Below the pieces are notes generated by a model. That model saw only the letters and a list, made by a program, of their open reading frames with translations. It had not been told where the DNA came from and searched no databases. A DNA stretch of 46,739 nt, taken from NCBI GenBank assembly GCA_018398765.1, contig JAHBMJ010000492.1, positions 1 through 46,739 on the forward strand. The letters are read 5' to 3'. This DNA comes from Chromera velia (lineage: Eukaryota). The translations under genes were made by a program, and so were the position numbers. Shown one piece after another: positions 13,851 to 25,603 of this stretch. Numbering within the stretch: the first letter of the stretch is position 1; every line of letters begins with the position of its first letter.

Positions 13851-14273
13851 CCCTGCAAGTTTGAGTAATTTAGTTTAGTCTTATTTAGATGAGTAATTTA
13901 AAGTAATTTACAATAATTTAGCTTAGCAATTTAAAGTAATTTAAAGCAATTTAGAGTAATTTAGAGTAATTTAGAATAGTAAACTAAAGTAATTTAGAAA
14001 GCTAAATTACTAATTTTGGTCAACCTTTGGAGGTCAATTTCTTATGAACGATAAAGAGTTGGACGTTCAAACTAACAGTGCTTATAGATCCATATAAAAG
14101 CTATAAGCACTGTTAGTTTGAACGTCTAACTCTTTATGGTGCACAAAAAATCAACCTCCAAAGTTTTAATGACCAAAATTAGTAATTTAGCTTTCCAAAT
14201 TACTTTAGTTTACTATTCTAAATTACTCTAAATTACTTTAAATTACTCATCTAAATTACTCAAACTTGCAGGG
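13851..14273. mobile_element. Foldback MITE with TA target duplication (Tc1/mariner-type)
   Basis: TA|CCCTGCAAGTTTGAGTAATTTAG ... CTAAATTACTCAAACTTGCAGGG|TA. The arms pair almost to the centre (CTTATAG 14081-14087 with CTATAAG 14101-14107). Internal AGTAATTTA tandem units differ in copy number between the arms. Confidence 0.9.
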
Positions 14274-15344
14274 TAGCTAGGTGCCGCAGATAAAAAAAAG
14301 AAAAAAAAAAATTAGGTGTCCTTACCTTTTTTTTTTTCTTTTTTTTTTTTTAGGTCAAAAGTTAGGTTCACATTTTATATGGAAAAGTAAGTTTCAGAGT
14401 TGAAAGTGATTCTTTTCCTTTTGGAGGCACTTGAAATAAAAAAAAAAAAAAGAAAAAAAAATTCGGCCTTCCCAACTTTTTTTTTCTTTTTTTTTTTTCT
14501 ATGTACAACGCCTATAGCAGGGTAGAGATAACGTTCAAAAAAAAAAAACTGCATGATTCCTAGCATGATTCGATCTATGAGCAACTTTTTTGAATGCTTT
14601 TGTACATTTTTGTGAGTATTAAATTATTGCCTAGCTCTACTGGCATATATAGATGTACCTCACATTCATGAAGTGCTTTTTTTATTACAAGCTAGGGACT
14701 GCATGACATGATCGAAGTAACAATGTAACATGAAACCGTCAGGGCAACAAAGTGGCCGATGTACCAGTCTATTAAGCGATTACATGGCTAGCTACATGGA
14801 CAGGTGCAAAGTACGGGGCATGCACTCACCTAGGCACTCACAACCTGGACCCATCTTAGAGGCCCAGAGAACGTGTCACCACACATTAACTTGAAGGCGT
14901 TTTGTATTAAAATGCATGACGGCGAGTCGAAGGCTCAATTCCTCCTTCCATCTGCCTGAGGCAAGTCAAGAAGTCCGCCAGATTGAATCGATGAATGAAG
15001 AAATCATTGAAGCAATCACTGAATCACTTAACCAATCATGTGTCCAGCAGCATCAGTCAGTCAGGCAAGCAGCCAGCAAAGAGAGCAGGTGTCGGAGGGA
15101 AAAAACTCCAACCCAGAGCTTTCACCACATGCATGCCAGTGACTTGAGTCACTTGATCGATCGACTCACACAGATGGATGCGAACTTTGCACGGTCACGA
15201 GATTGCACTTAAAGATGCCACAAAACTTATTTCTGTGACAGTCCCCTCGATTAAATAAATGCATTTTGAGAGCATCCCCCGGTCTCCTTCTCCAGTGGCG
15301 ATAAGAGTCGGTTTCCTCTCCGTGCGTGCATTTGTGTCGGCGCG

Positions 15345-15466
15345 CATGTGTGCATTCGTGTGTATGTGTGTGCGTGCGTGTGTGTGTGTATGTGTGTGTG
15401 TATGTGTGTGTGTGTGTATGTGTGTGTGTGTGTCTCTCTCTGTGTGTGTGTGTGTGTGTCTCTCTC

Positions 15467-15536
<70 letters not shown>

Positions 15537-15561
15537 GTGCGTGCGTGTGTGCGTGCGTGTG
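15345..15561. repeat. Compound (TG)n microsatellite
   Basis: Directly visible TG/TC dinucleotide runs. Confidence 0.95.
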
Positions 15562-16150
15562 GACAGAGAAGCGCAGACGAATACATGGAGCACGTACTCA
15601 AGCACGCGAAGGGACGCAAGCCCATTTCTCGGGCGTTCTCTTTCTGTGCATGAGCTTGGGCTTCCATAAAGAAAGTGAGTGAAGTATTTATTTCGACCTT
15701 CCAGAAACTTTCCTGAGAATTTCCATTGAAACTATCCCCCCTAATATTCTATCTCCCTCCTCTCGCGCTTTGTCTTTCTCTTTTTCTTTCCTTCCCAGCA
15801 TCCTGCTCCGCTCCGCTTTTCAGGTTTTTCTGTTTAAACCTGCCACGCGTATGATCTCGCCTTCAAGTTTAAAAAATACAAAAAAAAAAAACAATGGATC
15901 AGCAACCTGTACGACTGCCTGATCCGTCGACCCCTGTTGCTCAAACTCATGCACATACACACACACACTCCCTCGCAAACTGACTCTAGCCTTTTCTCTT
16001 CTCTCTGTGTGAGGTCATCCGGCGTCTCCCCTTTCGTCGAATGCCTCTGTCCTACGTCTGCTCCAGCTTCCATTTGTCAACGCAAAGAATGCATGCATTG
16101 GCTGTGCGTGATGCATTCTCTCATTTGTCTCTCTCTTCTCTTCCCTTGTT

Positions 16151-16409
16151 TCAATTCTTCTGTTTGAGTCTGATCCGCAACTCCTCTTCTTGGTCTGCTT
16201 CCTTGGTCGAGGTCGGAAGGGAATTGAAGTCGTCCAGTCTGTTCAGTCCAATCAGATGCAGCATGTACTTCTCGTAGTAGGGGTCCGTGTCTCCAGTCCG
16301 CAACTTGAACATGAAGTACTTCTCGAAGGCCATCTTCGCGAGCTTGGCAGGGACACCTCTGAAAAACCAATCTGCACATCCATCCATGCACACGGTACCA
16401 ATTGCATTG

Positions 16410-16441
<32 letters not shown>

Positions 16442-19083
16442 GGCAGGCAGGCAGGCAGGCAGGCAAACAGATGAGGACTCCACGAGGACCCCGATTCATA
16501 CATGATAGAAAGCCGGTGCAGACAGAGACACGCAGAGGGGAGCAAGAGGGAAAGACAAGGAAGGAAGGAAAGAAAAAAAGAAAAGAATGAGAAAAGTACC
16601 GAGACGTACTGATGTTGCGAGGAGCCATCTGCGGCACTGCCATGAAGACCGCGCCATCGTCCCCAAAGTCAGTCAGACAGAGAGCCCCCAGGCTGGGTAT
16701 CTGCATGGGATGAATGAGTCACTCAGAGAATTGCAGACGTACGCAAGAGGCAGGAGCAAGAGACTGAATCGAGGATGTGAGCTGCGTATCTTTCTCTGGT
16801 AACTCACGACTCACTAAATCAAACCAACCGATTTGGACCCTGACTGGGCGATTTGCTGGCCCATTTTCCTGTTCGTCCATTTCCCCTCTAGATCTGACTG
16901 AGGTGCTTTATGGCATTAATTCATTGGTTCATTCTTGGAGTGAAGGAAACACGGTCCGACCCGGTCTTCTCTGACTGTTTCAAGGTGCGCTGACAGGCAG
17001 GCAGGCAGGCAAGCGGGCCGGCAGGGAGACGGATAGACAGGGAGATAGACAGACAGAAAGACATGAAAACGGAAGGAGGGGGGGGCGTTGAAGCGAGAGG
17101 CAAAAGAAGGTGAAATCACAAGCTGTCAGTCGATGGGGAAAGACGCAGAAAGAGATTGTCTAGCTGTCCATCTCGCTTCCTTCCTTCCAAAACAGGCGAG
17201 AGAAAGCCTTCGGACGAAACGGATCTTCAAATACCAACGCAGAAAGAAAGAAAGAAAGAAAGAAAGAAAAAAAGAAAGAAAGGCAGGAACGCAGAGCAGT
17301 ACAGAAGGACAGACCGAAGAGGGCTTCTCTCCCTGAATCATGGAAGCAACGTTGGAGGCGACTGCAGTGCCCATGGTCTCGATCATATACCTGCACACAG
17401 ACATGCTATTTGTTTATTCTTCTCCCTCCTTTTCTTCATGCAGACAGACAGACAGACAGACAGACAAGTCGTGCACACAGAAATTGCAGCCCACAAGAGC
17501 AAGAAACCTTCCACTTTAGACTGGCTACAAGGAAACCCACCCACCCACCCACCCTGTCTTGGGTGCTCCGCATGGGACGGGGCAGTCTCTGTCCACGGGG
17601 GGGATGTGCACGCAGACCCCGACCCCGAAGATGTTCGGGTAGGCGTCGTTTTGGCACTTTTTGTTGATCTTCACCATGCCGTGTGGTCCGAACAGTTGGT
17701 CGTTCGAGCTGGCGACTCCGGGGCCATCAAACTGCATGAGTGAGTGCGTTGAAGAAAACGAACAGAAAATCAAACTTGGAGCACAGAAAAAAGATGCGAT
17801 GTCATCAATGCATCGTTTGGAGGTAAGGAAGGCAGCGAAGAAAAGAAAAGCAGCCACGCAGAAGGAAACCTGCATCATGAAGTGTCAGTCAGCGGCAACA
17901 CGCAAACCTTAAGCCGAGCGGAAAAGAGAGGCGCAGAGTGCAGATTAGACTAGAGTAGATCTGCTACTCTGCACAGACTGCATGGTAAGGCCTTCTCACT
18001 CATTGATAAATCATAAATACCAGGTTTCTTTGCTGAATGAGCATTCCTTTCTGAACTTGATCTTTTGTCTTTCCCTCTTTTAATTTCCTCCAGAAGAGAG
18101 GGGAGACAAATGGTGGAGGACTCGACTTCTGCTTTGAAATGAAGGAAACGGAACGGCGTCACTGCCACAGCCGACAAGACACACACACACAGGCACATGC
18201 AGACGGACCTGTGGAATCATCACAGAGAGGCCATATGGAATCGTCTCTTCGATCGGGTCCCCGTCTTCCTTCAGCCTGTGTCGGATTCGTATCTCCTTTT
18301 CGCCGACCTAATGCAATACGGGCATGCATGCATGCACACAAATGCATAGGTAAATACATGCATGCATATTTGCGCGCCGAATATAGCCACCGAGGAGAAA
18401 CACTCAGCTCCATTGGAAAAGCAGCCTTGCACCACCAAATTGGGAAGACAGGTATTCAGATACATGCAGACAATCCAGCCAGCCACGTAGCCAGAGAGCA
18501 CCAACCTAGAGACCCGCCGACAAAACAACCGGCAAGACCAAAGGGACACACACACAGAGACGCTCCCTGGCGAGGGTCCGTCCTCACAATTGAAAATGTG
18601 TTTGTGTGTTCGAATACATGTCTTTGTTTTCCCGTCTGACTGGATCTAGCTTGTGCGCGTGCATAAGTCTGTGTCTACACACTACGCGCAAACTTGTACG
18701 ATCAAGTACGGCAGAATCCGTCTGAGGACCCATGCACACAGATAGAAACATACATTCTTTTCTCCTCGTACACACACACACACACACACACATCTAAATG
18801 TCAAGGCCTCCATGCCGTTCCATGCATGTACGAACCTCTTTGCCTGCAACCTCACCCCCTCTGCCTGCAACCTGACTCCCCCCACACGCACACCCACTCA
18901 AACAGAAAAAGACGCACCTCCAGGATCTCACAGTTGACCCTCCACTCGATGGACCTCTCCCTCAGGACGCTCTCCAGAAGATCACGAGACACACCAACGC
19001 CCTTCAACCCGAGGTGTCCCACATAGGGCTCAGGGGTCAAGTAGTACATCGGCACCTGTGGGCACCCGCACACAAGCATGCAT

Positions 19084-19116
<33 letters not shown>

Positions 19117-20077
19117 TGGATGCACAGATGCGCGCGCACACTCTCTCGCTGTCTCTCTCTCTCAGATATATGCAGGCAAAGAGGTACCTAGACAAAAAGC
19201 CTGCAAGGAAGACAAATCGACGAACAAACGAAGAGATTCATTTTCTCTTTCTATTCCAGCCAAGGCAGGGCCTCCTTCCCTCACTTCCTCCCTCCCCGCT
19301 ATCCCCCCCTCTCTCAACCCCTTCGAATGCACTGCAACGATTCATCACTCAGAATTTAAGCACAGGCCGACGTACCTTGTGCCGAATCTGTCGCTGCCGC
19401 AGATCCGTCTCCATCATCAGCGCCATTTCGACTGCGGGACCAAAGCAAGAAGCCCCCTGCAGGGCCCCCACCACCACTGGGCCCTTCGAGATAGGGTCCT
19501 TCACGTACTCCTCCCACTTCTTTGCGCCCTCCAGGGCGTGCTTTGATGTGCACACCGAAAGAATGTGGTCCCGGTAGCCTGGCACCCCGGCGGAAGACAG
19601 TTTTGGTCCTGTGGCAAGCACCAGGTAGTCGTAGGGCAGGATTTCTCCCGATTTGAGCTCAATGGTCTGGATGTCTGGATTCACATGCGTCATCTTGTCC
19701 TGTTTGTATTCGATTCCTTTCTTTTCCAGTATTTCTTGCAGGTCGATGTGCGTGTCCCTCGGGTCAATTTGACGCAAGAAGATGCCCGGGTTCGAGGGGA
19801 CAAACTCAAATTCTTCGTTGGGAGAGATGACGGTAATGTCAGCTGAAATTTTGGCATCGTGGAACTCTTTTGACATGTCAAAAGCAGTCGAGACACCTCC
19901 AATTCCTCCACCCAAAATCAAAATTTTAGGGCGCGGTCTTGGGGGGGGCGCTGCGAAGGCACTCATCCATTCTCGTTGACCAAGAGAGGCGGAGCGGAGA
20001 CGGCTGACTGCTTGAGGTTGGATAAACAGCAAGAGACTAACAATTACCGAGGTCGAGGCGGCGCGAATTTTCACCAT
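16151..20077 (-). CDS. sqr: Sulfide:quinone oxidoreductase, type I (SqrA)-like, ~501 aa; complement(join 20077..19376, 19055..18918, 18307..18209, 17731..17553, 17390..17315, 16700..16610, 16371..16151)
   Basis: FAD motif KILILGGGIGG, then FVPSNP, PYDYLVLATG, SVCT, GASCFGPAVE, TPEPYVGHLGL, YPNIFGVGVC, PKTGYMIE, LCLTDFGD and LAKMAFEKYF, all collinear with bacterial type I SQR. The three characteristic Cys are present. All six introns are GT-AG and phase-compatible, giving a 1506-nt open frame. Confidence 0.93.
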
Positions 20078-20748
20078 CTTGATATGTTTAGTCGCGGTGT
20101 GATTTTCCCTGCATGAAACTTCCGAACCTAAGACAGAGCTGGACACACAGCGCGTCCTAAAGATAAGATGGCACTGTTTTTTCGGAGCTTTGGTAGGAGA
20201 CTGGAAGTCACAAAGCAACGTAGGTGCACAATAGAGCTACCTGGACGATTCCTGGTAGGTTTGATCAAGCAAAGGATTGGCTTGAATTGGATCGAAGAAT
20301 CGTGTGAGCTAACACGCCGTGGCACATGCAGTCCCAAATTCCTCCAGTTTCGATGTATTAATATATACGTCATTGAAGCCATGTCGAAACCTTACTTCGG
20401 AGCGAGGCGTAGACGGACGAGAGACATGCATCGAGAGACTTCAACGCGCGCGCGGCGGCGCCGCGCGGCATGCATGCATGTTGCGCGCTGCCGCGCGCGC
20501 GAGACTCGTGCGCATGGAATCGCGCGGTCAAAGATTGAGTTTTATGGAGCTACTATGGAGCTACTAAGGTCAGGAAATTTGTCTGGGCAGTGGGCATGTC
20601 ATGGCATGTCTGGGCAGCTTCTGATCCCTCAACGTGCATGATCAGAGGTTGAGGCGAGAAGGTCAGAGACCGTCCGTGGGGGGATTCCTGTGCATTTTGT
20701 GTTGTCCTGTGTGTGTGAATTCAGTGACGATCGATTGAAAATTAAGGG
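20078..20748. promoter_or_regulatory. Candidate bidirectional promoter with a GC-rich inverted repeat centred on TGCATGCA
   Basis: 671 bp between two divergent ATGs. CGCGCGCGGCGGCGC ... GCATGCATGCATG ... GCGCTGCCGCGCGCG at ~20445-20501. Function is inferred from position. Confidence 0.5.
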
Positions 20749-21423
20749 ATGAGTCTCCTCGTGCCCTTCCTGTTTGTGCTGATGGCATCCGGCTTCTCGG
20801 TCTCCCTGGAAAAGAGGGAGAATTCAAGACAACGAAGCACCCCGTCGGCTCGGCAGGTCTTTGAGGAGATCGAAAAATTCCGCGGAGGTGTGACGGGCCC
20901 AAATTCTCAGTCTGTCGGTTCTCTGTCTCTGTCCGTTGTGGAGCAGTTCACGGAGGAGGAGCTGGAATGCTGGCACTCTCTGCTGAAGAATATGCCCCCC
21001 ATGGATCTGGACAGTCAGACAGGACCCACTCTGGAGGATCTGGCCGAGAACATTCGCCTCGCCCTGAAGGCAAGAGAGACTTTTCCGTGGGCAGGGAAGG
21101 AGACGGTGCCGTTCGAGGTCTTCAAAAATGAAGTTTTGCCGTCAGTCGAAGAGACATCCAGCATGCGTCCACAAGTGCGCAGTGACAGATCCCCAGGATT
21201 GAGAAATCGGTGTTACATGCGGTCAATTGTTGTTTGCTTGCAACAGGAGTCACGCACACAGAGAGAGAAGAGAGACGGAGGAATAGAGTCAGGAAGGCGT
21301 GCAATGGGGAATTGATGGGCTTCGTTGCGTACTCAGAACATTTGTGCATTTGTTCCATTGTGAATGGGAGTTGTGGGAAAAGGCTGAAGGAAGATGATAA
21401 ACATGCAAAGAGGGTCTCTCTCT

Positions 21424-21458
<35 letters not shown>

Positions 21459-24336
21459 AATGAAAGAAAGAAAGACTCGTTCCCCTTTGCCCCCCCTTCT
21501 ATTTGCGTGTACTGTGCGGCTGTCTGCCCTGAGGTTTCCTCGACATACTCCCTGGCCTTACCATCAACCACTGCATTCCTTCCACTGCCTGCCAATTCCA
21601 AAGTTGCCGGCTGCTGGATGGATGGATGGATGCGAGCGATAATTTTGTTCTCTCTCAGTGGTTTGCATGAGTGAATTCGCTTGTCTGCAGGTACGCGGTC
21701 ATCGACGAGCTGGTGAGTCTATTCTTCTCTGCTCCCTCGAGCAGTGAGGACTCTGTCAGGTGTCCTTGAATTTCTCTCCTCGTCCATTCTACCCTTCCGC
21801 ATCTTCTCATTCTCCGCTCACCCCCCGTCCGCAAATCTTGCAAGGCCGCCCCTTTTTCTCTCCTGGCCGGGATGTGTTTCCTGCTGTCCCTTCTTGATTC
21901 GTTTTTGTGGCTTTCCGTTGAGTTGTACTGATGGTGAGTGGCTGTGGGAAGCGGAAGAGAAAGAGCACGAGAAAAGAGAAAGAAACGTACAGGAAAGAAA
22001 CGGATCAACTGACTTGACTGACCGCATGCCAAGCGGGGAGCCGTCCGTTTGTCGATGGACAGAGAGAGAAGGGATGGATGGAACAGAGCGGGAGGGAGGA
22101 ACTGATTCATTCTCTTTCGTGTTTGCTTAAGATCCCCGCTGGTTTTTGGCTTGCAAATACAGATCCGTTTGTGTTGCAGTGTGGTTAAGAGGCTCGAGAA
22201 AAGACGAGCCTTTTTTCCGGCCAAAAAGAAGTGCATGCACTGATTGAGCTGTACGTTGCAAAGATCCTACCAGGGCGGAAGAGTAAGGCCACTTCACATG
22301 GAAACAAGGAGGCATCAGACATTCTTGCCCCGTTGGATTTGGTGTTCCTCTTTTGAAATTCTTTTCTCTTCCTGTATTTTCTTTTCTTGTCTATGACGTG
22401 CAGCGAGAGAGACTTCCGAACGGCCAGAGCTGGCGCAGTCTGTTCTTCGAGAAGGCCAAAGCTCTCCTCCTTCCCTCCACAGGCTCAGATACCAAGGCCG
22501 CCACAAGCCTCTCTGATGCTGCCCTTGCACTGAACCTGAAAGCATGGGAAGCCTTCAAGGAGTGGGGCCATGACAAGATCGTGTTCAAGTCCGACCAGTC
22601 ACCTCAAATCATGTCTGTTGCCCAAGTGCTTCACGCAGGTATGTGGGTGCATAGACTCCCGTGGCATCTTCTTCCTTCTCTTTCCCTGTTCATTTGTCTG
22701 TTGGTCTGCACGTTGGCCAGCTGAGCGGAAAATCTTCTCGCACTCCAGTTCTCTCTGATTGAATAAAGAAAAGGATTCAAGACGAACGGATTGAGTCATC
22801 GGGGGACCCCCTCAAGTCGATCAGGGAAAGATGTCATGAAGCTAGACCTTCAGTCTGACTGTGGGCTTCAGAATAGCAGAGAGCAGGCGAGAGAGAATCG
22901 GCCTCTCATCGAGGGAGGGACAAAGAAACACACAGAGAAAGTTTTGCAGACTTCTCAGACGATGCCAGGCATCTCAGGCGTCTATCTAGGCCGTGCACAA
23001 GGGCATGCAGTGGACCTTCCTGTTCCTTCCTTCTTGTCTCTTCTCTTGTCTTCTCTTCTCTCTCTAGCCGTCTGCCTAGCTGTCACGCATTCATTCTGCA
23101 TGCTTGCCTGTTTACCTATGCACCCATGTTCACTCACTGTATTCGTACTGTGTTCTGTCTTTGCCTTCAGGTTACGCCTCCTGCACGGGTCTCTCGATTT
23201 TCCTGGTCAACCTTTGCAGAGCCGCCGGCATCCCGGCCCGCATGGCTGGTCGGTCTGTGCGTTTATTTTTATTTGTTTTGGTTTGCTGCTTTGTATGGTG
23301 GATGTCTGACACCCAAAATATGCCTGGAAGAACGTTTTCTTGGGAGCGGATCCGTGGCACGTGGGCGTGCTGCCGATTCGACTTCCAATTTGGATGGAGA
23401 GGTGCTGGATGTGTGTGGTGTGATACCCTCCCTGCCCACCGTTGCTTGTGTCTCAGGGAGGTCGATCCTGGTGGAACACTTACTGACAGGAAGAAGAATT
23501 TGAGAGAAGACTTCATGCGCCTCCACTTTGTGCATCCTTCCTTCCCTCATTCTCTCACTCACTCACTCACTCATTCATTCATTCATTCATTCATTCATTC
23601 ATTCATTCATTCCCCTCCTTCCTTTTTGGTCCTGCATGCAGGCACCCCTCTATGGAACACGGAGACGGGGGGGAACCACAGCTGGGTGGAGATTTGGACG
23701 GGAGCTTCGGGGGGCTGGGTGTTCACTGGGGCTGCCGAGCAGAGTCCTGACGGATTCAACAGGGGCTGGTTCTTTCCCGAGCCTGTGCAGGTTCGTTGTC
23801 TCGGTGTGCGTGTGTGCTTTTGCGCGCGCGCGCGTCTGTGTGTGTCTGCGTGCGCGTGTGCGTGTGCGTGCCGCTGAGAACACAACACAAGAACTTGAAG
23901 TTTGTAACGCTGCTTCAAGAAGGGCCGCATGGCATTTTCCTCGTGGATCTTTGTGTTGTCCTAGCACCGCTTTGTTCTGATCATTGTGTGCGTGAGAGAG
24001 AGAGACCGCAGAGAAAAAAAAAAGTAAAGCCGAATAGAAGGAAACGAAAAGAGAAATTGTTGGGGAGCAATTCTGACACATATTTGCAAGTCACTACACT
24101 CACACCCCGGCTCCCTCGGTGTATGAATGATCTTGCAGAAGCAAATACCCGGAGATAAATACAAGGCAATCTTTGCGACCAGCTGGGGGTGGAGGGATTC
24201 CAAGTCGGGGGACCTTCTTCCTGAGTTTCCCTTCAGTTGGACGGACCCGAAGAAAATGGTCGTCAGGGGAGTCGACAGGACAAGCGACTACCTCGCCCTC
24301 CTCCCCCCCTCCGAGTCAACGACCACCACTGTATGA
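20749..24336 (+). CDS. Secreted transglutaminase-like (Cys-His) protein, ~357 aa; join(20749..21140, 21691..21712, 22404..22638, 23171..23248, 23642..23790, 24139..24336)
   Basis: Signal-peptide-like MSLLVPFLFVLMASGFSVS. Motifs NMPPMDL, ENIRLALKARETFPW, EVLPYAVIDE, GYASCTGLSIFLVNLCRAAGIPARMAGTPLW, GNHSWVEIW and WVFTGAAE match bacterial transglutaminase-like proteins. All introns are GT-AG and phase-compatible (1074 nt). Confidence 0.88.
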
Positions 24337-24419
24337 CATGCAGCATGTCAGGGTGGACTGATCGAATGCAAGTATACAGACCCGTGCTCATCTGTCACTG
24401 GCAATGACTTAAACATGGG

Positions 24420-25560
24420 AACTAGCGTAGTTACCAAGCTCTGAAATTATCGAGTTCGAATTACTTCCTAATTAACCATGTATCTACACACATCAACTTT
24501 TGAAAACACTTCAATTAGCTATAAATATTGTTTATAATAACTTTATCATCATTATACGCCATCGTCGTTTGCCTATATAGCTAGACTAGTGGTCTAGCCT
24601 ACGACTTGGATTTGCCCTGGAGACCTTTTTTTTTTTCCCTATAAAAATTACCCCTAGATAGGATAGGATGGGATTTTATGTTCCGGGAATCCCCGCGGTC
24701 CACTGCCAGGTATCGGCTAAGATTCGGCTTGCACTGATAAAAACTAAAAATTTATAGGATGTCGATGAAACTACTAGTTGACGTTTTAATAATAATCGTA
24801 AAAGTGAACCTGTTTTTCAACCTGCTAGTCAACTTGATTCAATTCATAATTTTAAAGTTAACTTTGAACCTTGAACCTTTTTATATATAATTAAGGCTTT
24901 CATCTAGGGTTAAATGCCTAGAATATGCATGGATAAAATTCTAATAGTCTACTAATATACTATACGGTTAGGAGTAACTACCAGGGGTTTTGAGGGTAGC
25001 CTTATTTACTCCAAATTGGGTATAACCGACGATTCGTAACTATAAGGGGGTCCACCGCACCTGCCATTGGCACTACCAAGATGAAAGGTTAAATCAATGA
25101 TACTTCAACTATACTTCGTCAACTTAGACTCAACTAATAATTTAACAAGTTAAATTACTTAAATTAAGTGTATACGAGATCTTAAAACCTAGCTTAAAAC
25201 GGTTGTTCATCCATTTAAAACGTGTTTTAAACTTGAATTGTTTTTTATTTATCTTTTAACAGTTTTTAACCTATGATTATACTAAAAATACCCTACCACC
25301 GCTACCATAGTAACCTAGATGGTAACCCAACCTATAAAAGTACTACTACCGTAACCACGATTCTGGTTACTGTGCGGCCGTCAGGCCGCGCGAGTTACCA
25401 TCCAAAAATGGTTACTCCTATCCATATAGTGTAAATTCTAATAAGTTGGCAGTTGTGCATGGTTAACTTAAAAACCGGGCCGGTGAGGCTAAGCGGCGTG
25501 AGCCACCTATGATTCAGGCTATGAAAGCAAGCATGTTAACATAGATGTTAATCATGCAGG
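24420..25560. other. AT/TpA-rich intergenic island, probably decayed transposon relics
   Basis: Abrupt compositional shift, no ORF of 60 aa or more, and abundant TA/CTAG. No termini could be resolved. Confidence 0.5.
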
Positions 25561-25603
25561 GTACAGCTTTCTTTCAATCACGCGTTCTAGCACACTCGTT
25601 CGA

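Noticed and set aside
15195..15682. Cys/Val- and His/Thr-rich ORFs
   Set aside because: Translations of (TG)n microsatellite.
16600..16610. Alternative SQR last-intron boundaries (TCTCG|gtactt ... ttcag|AGGT)
   Set aside because: Also in frame, but the chosen sites give RNINWFFRG, which better matches the conserved RNVxW motif and spacing.
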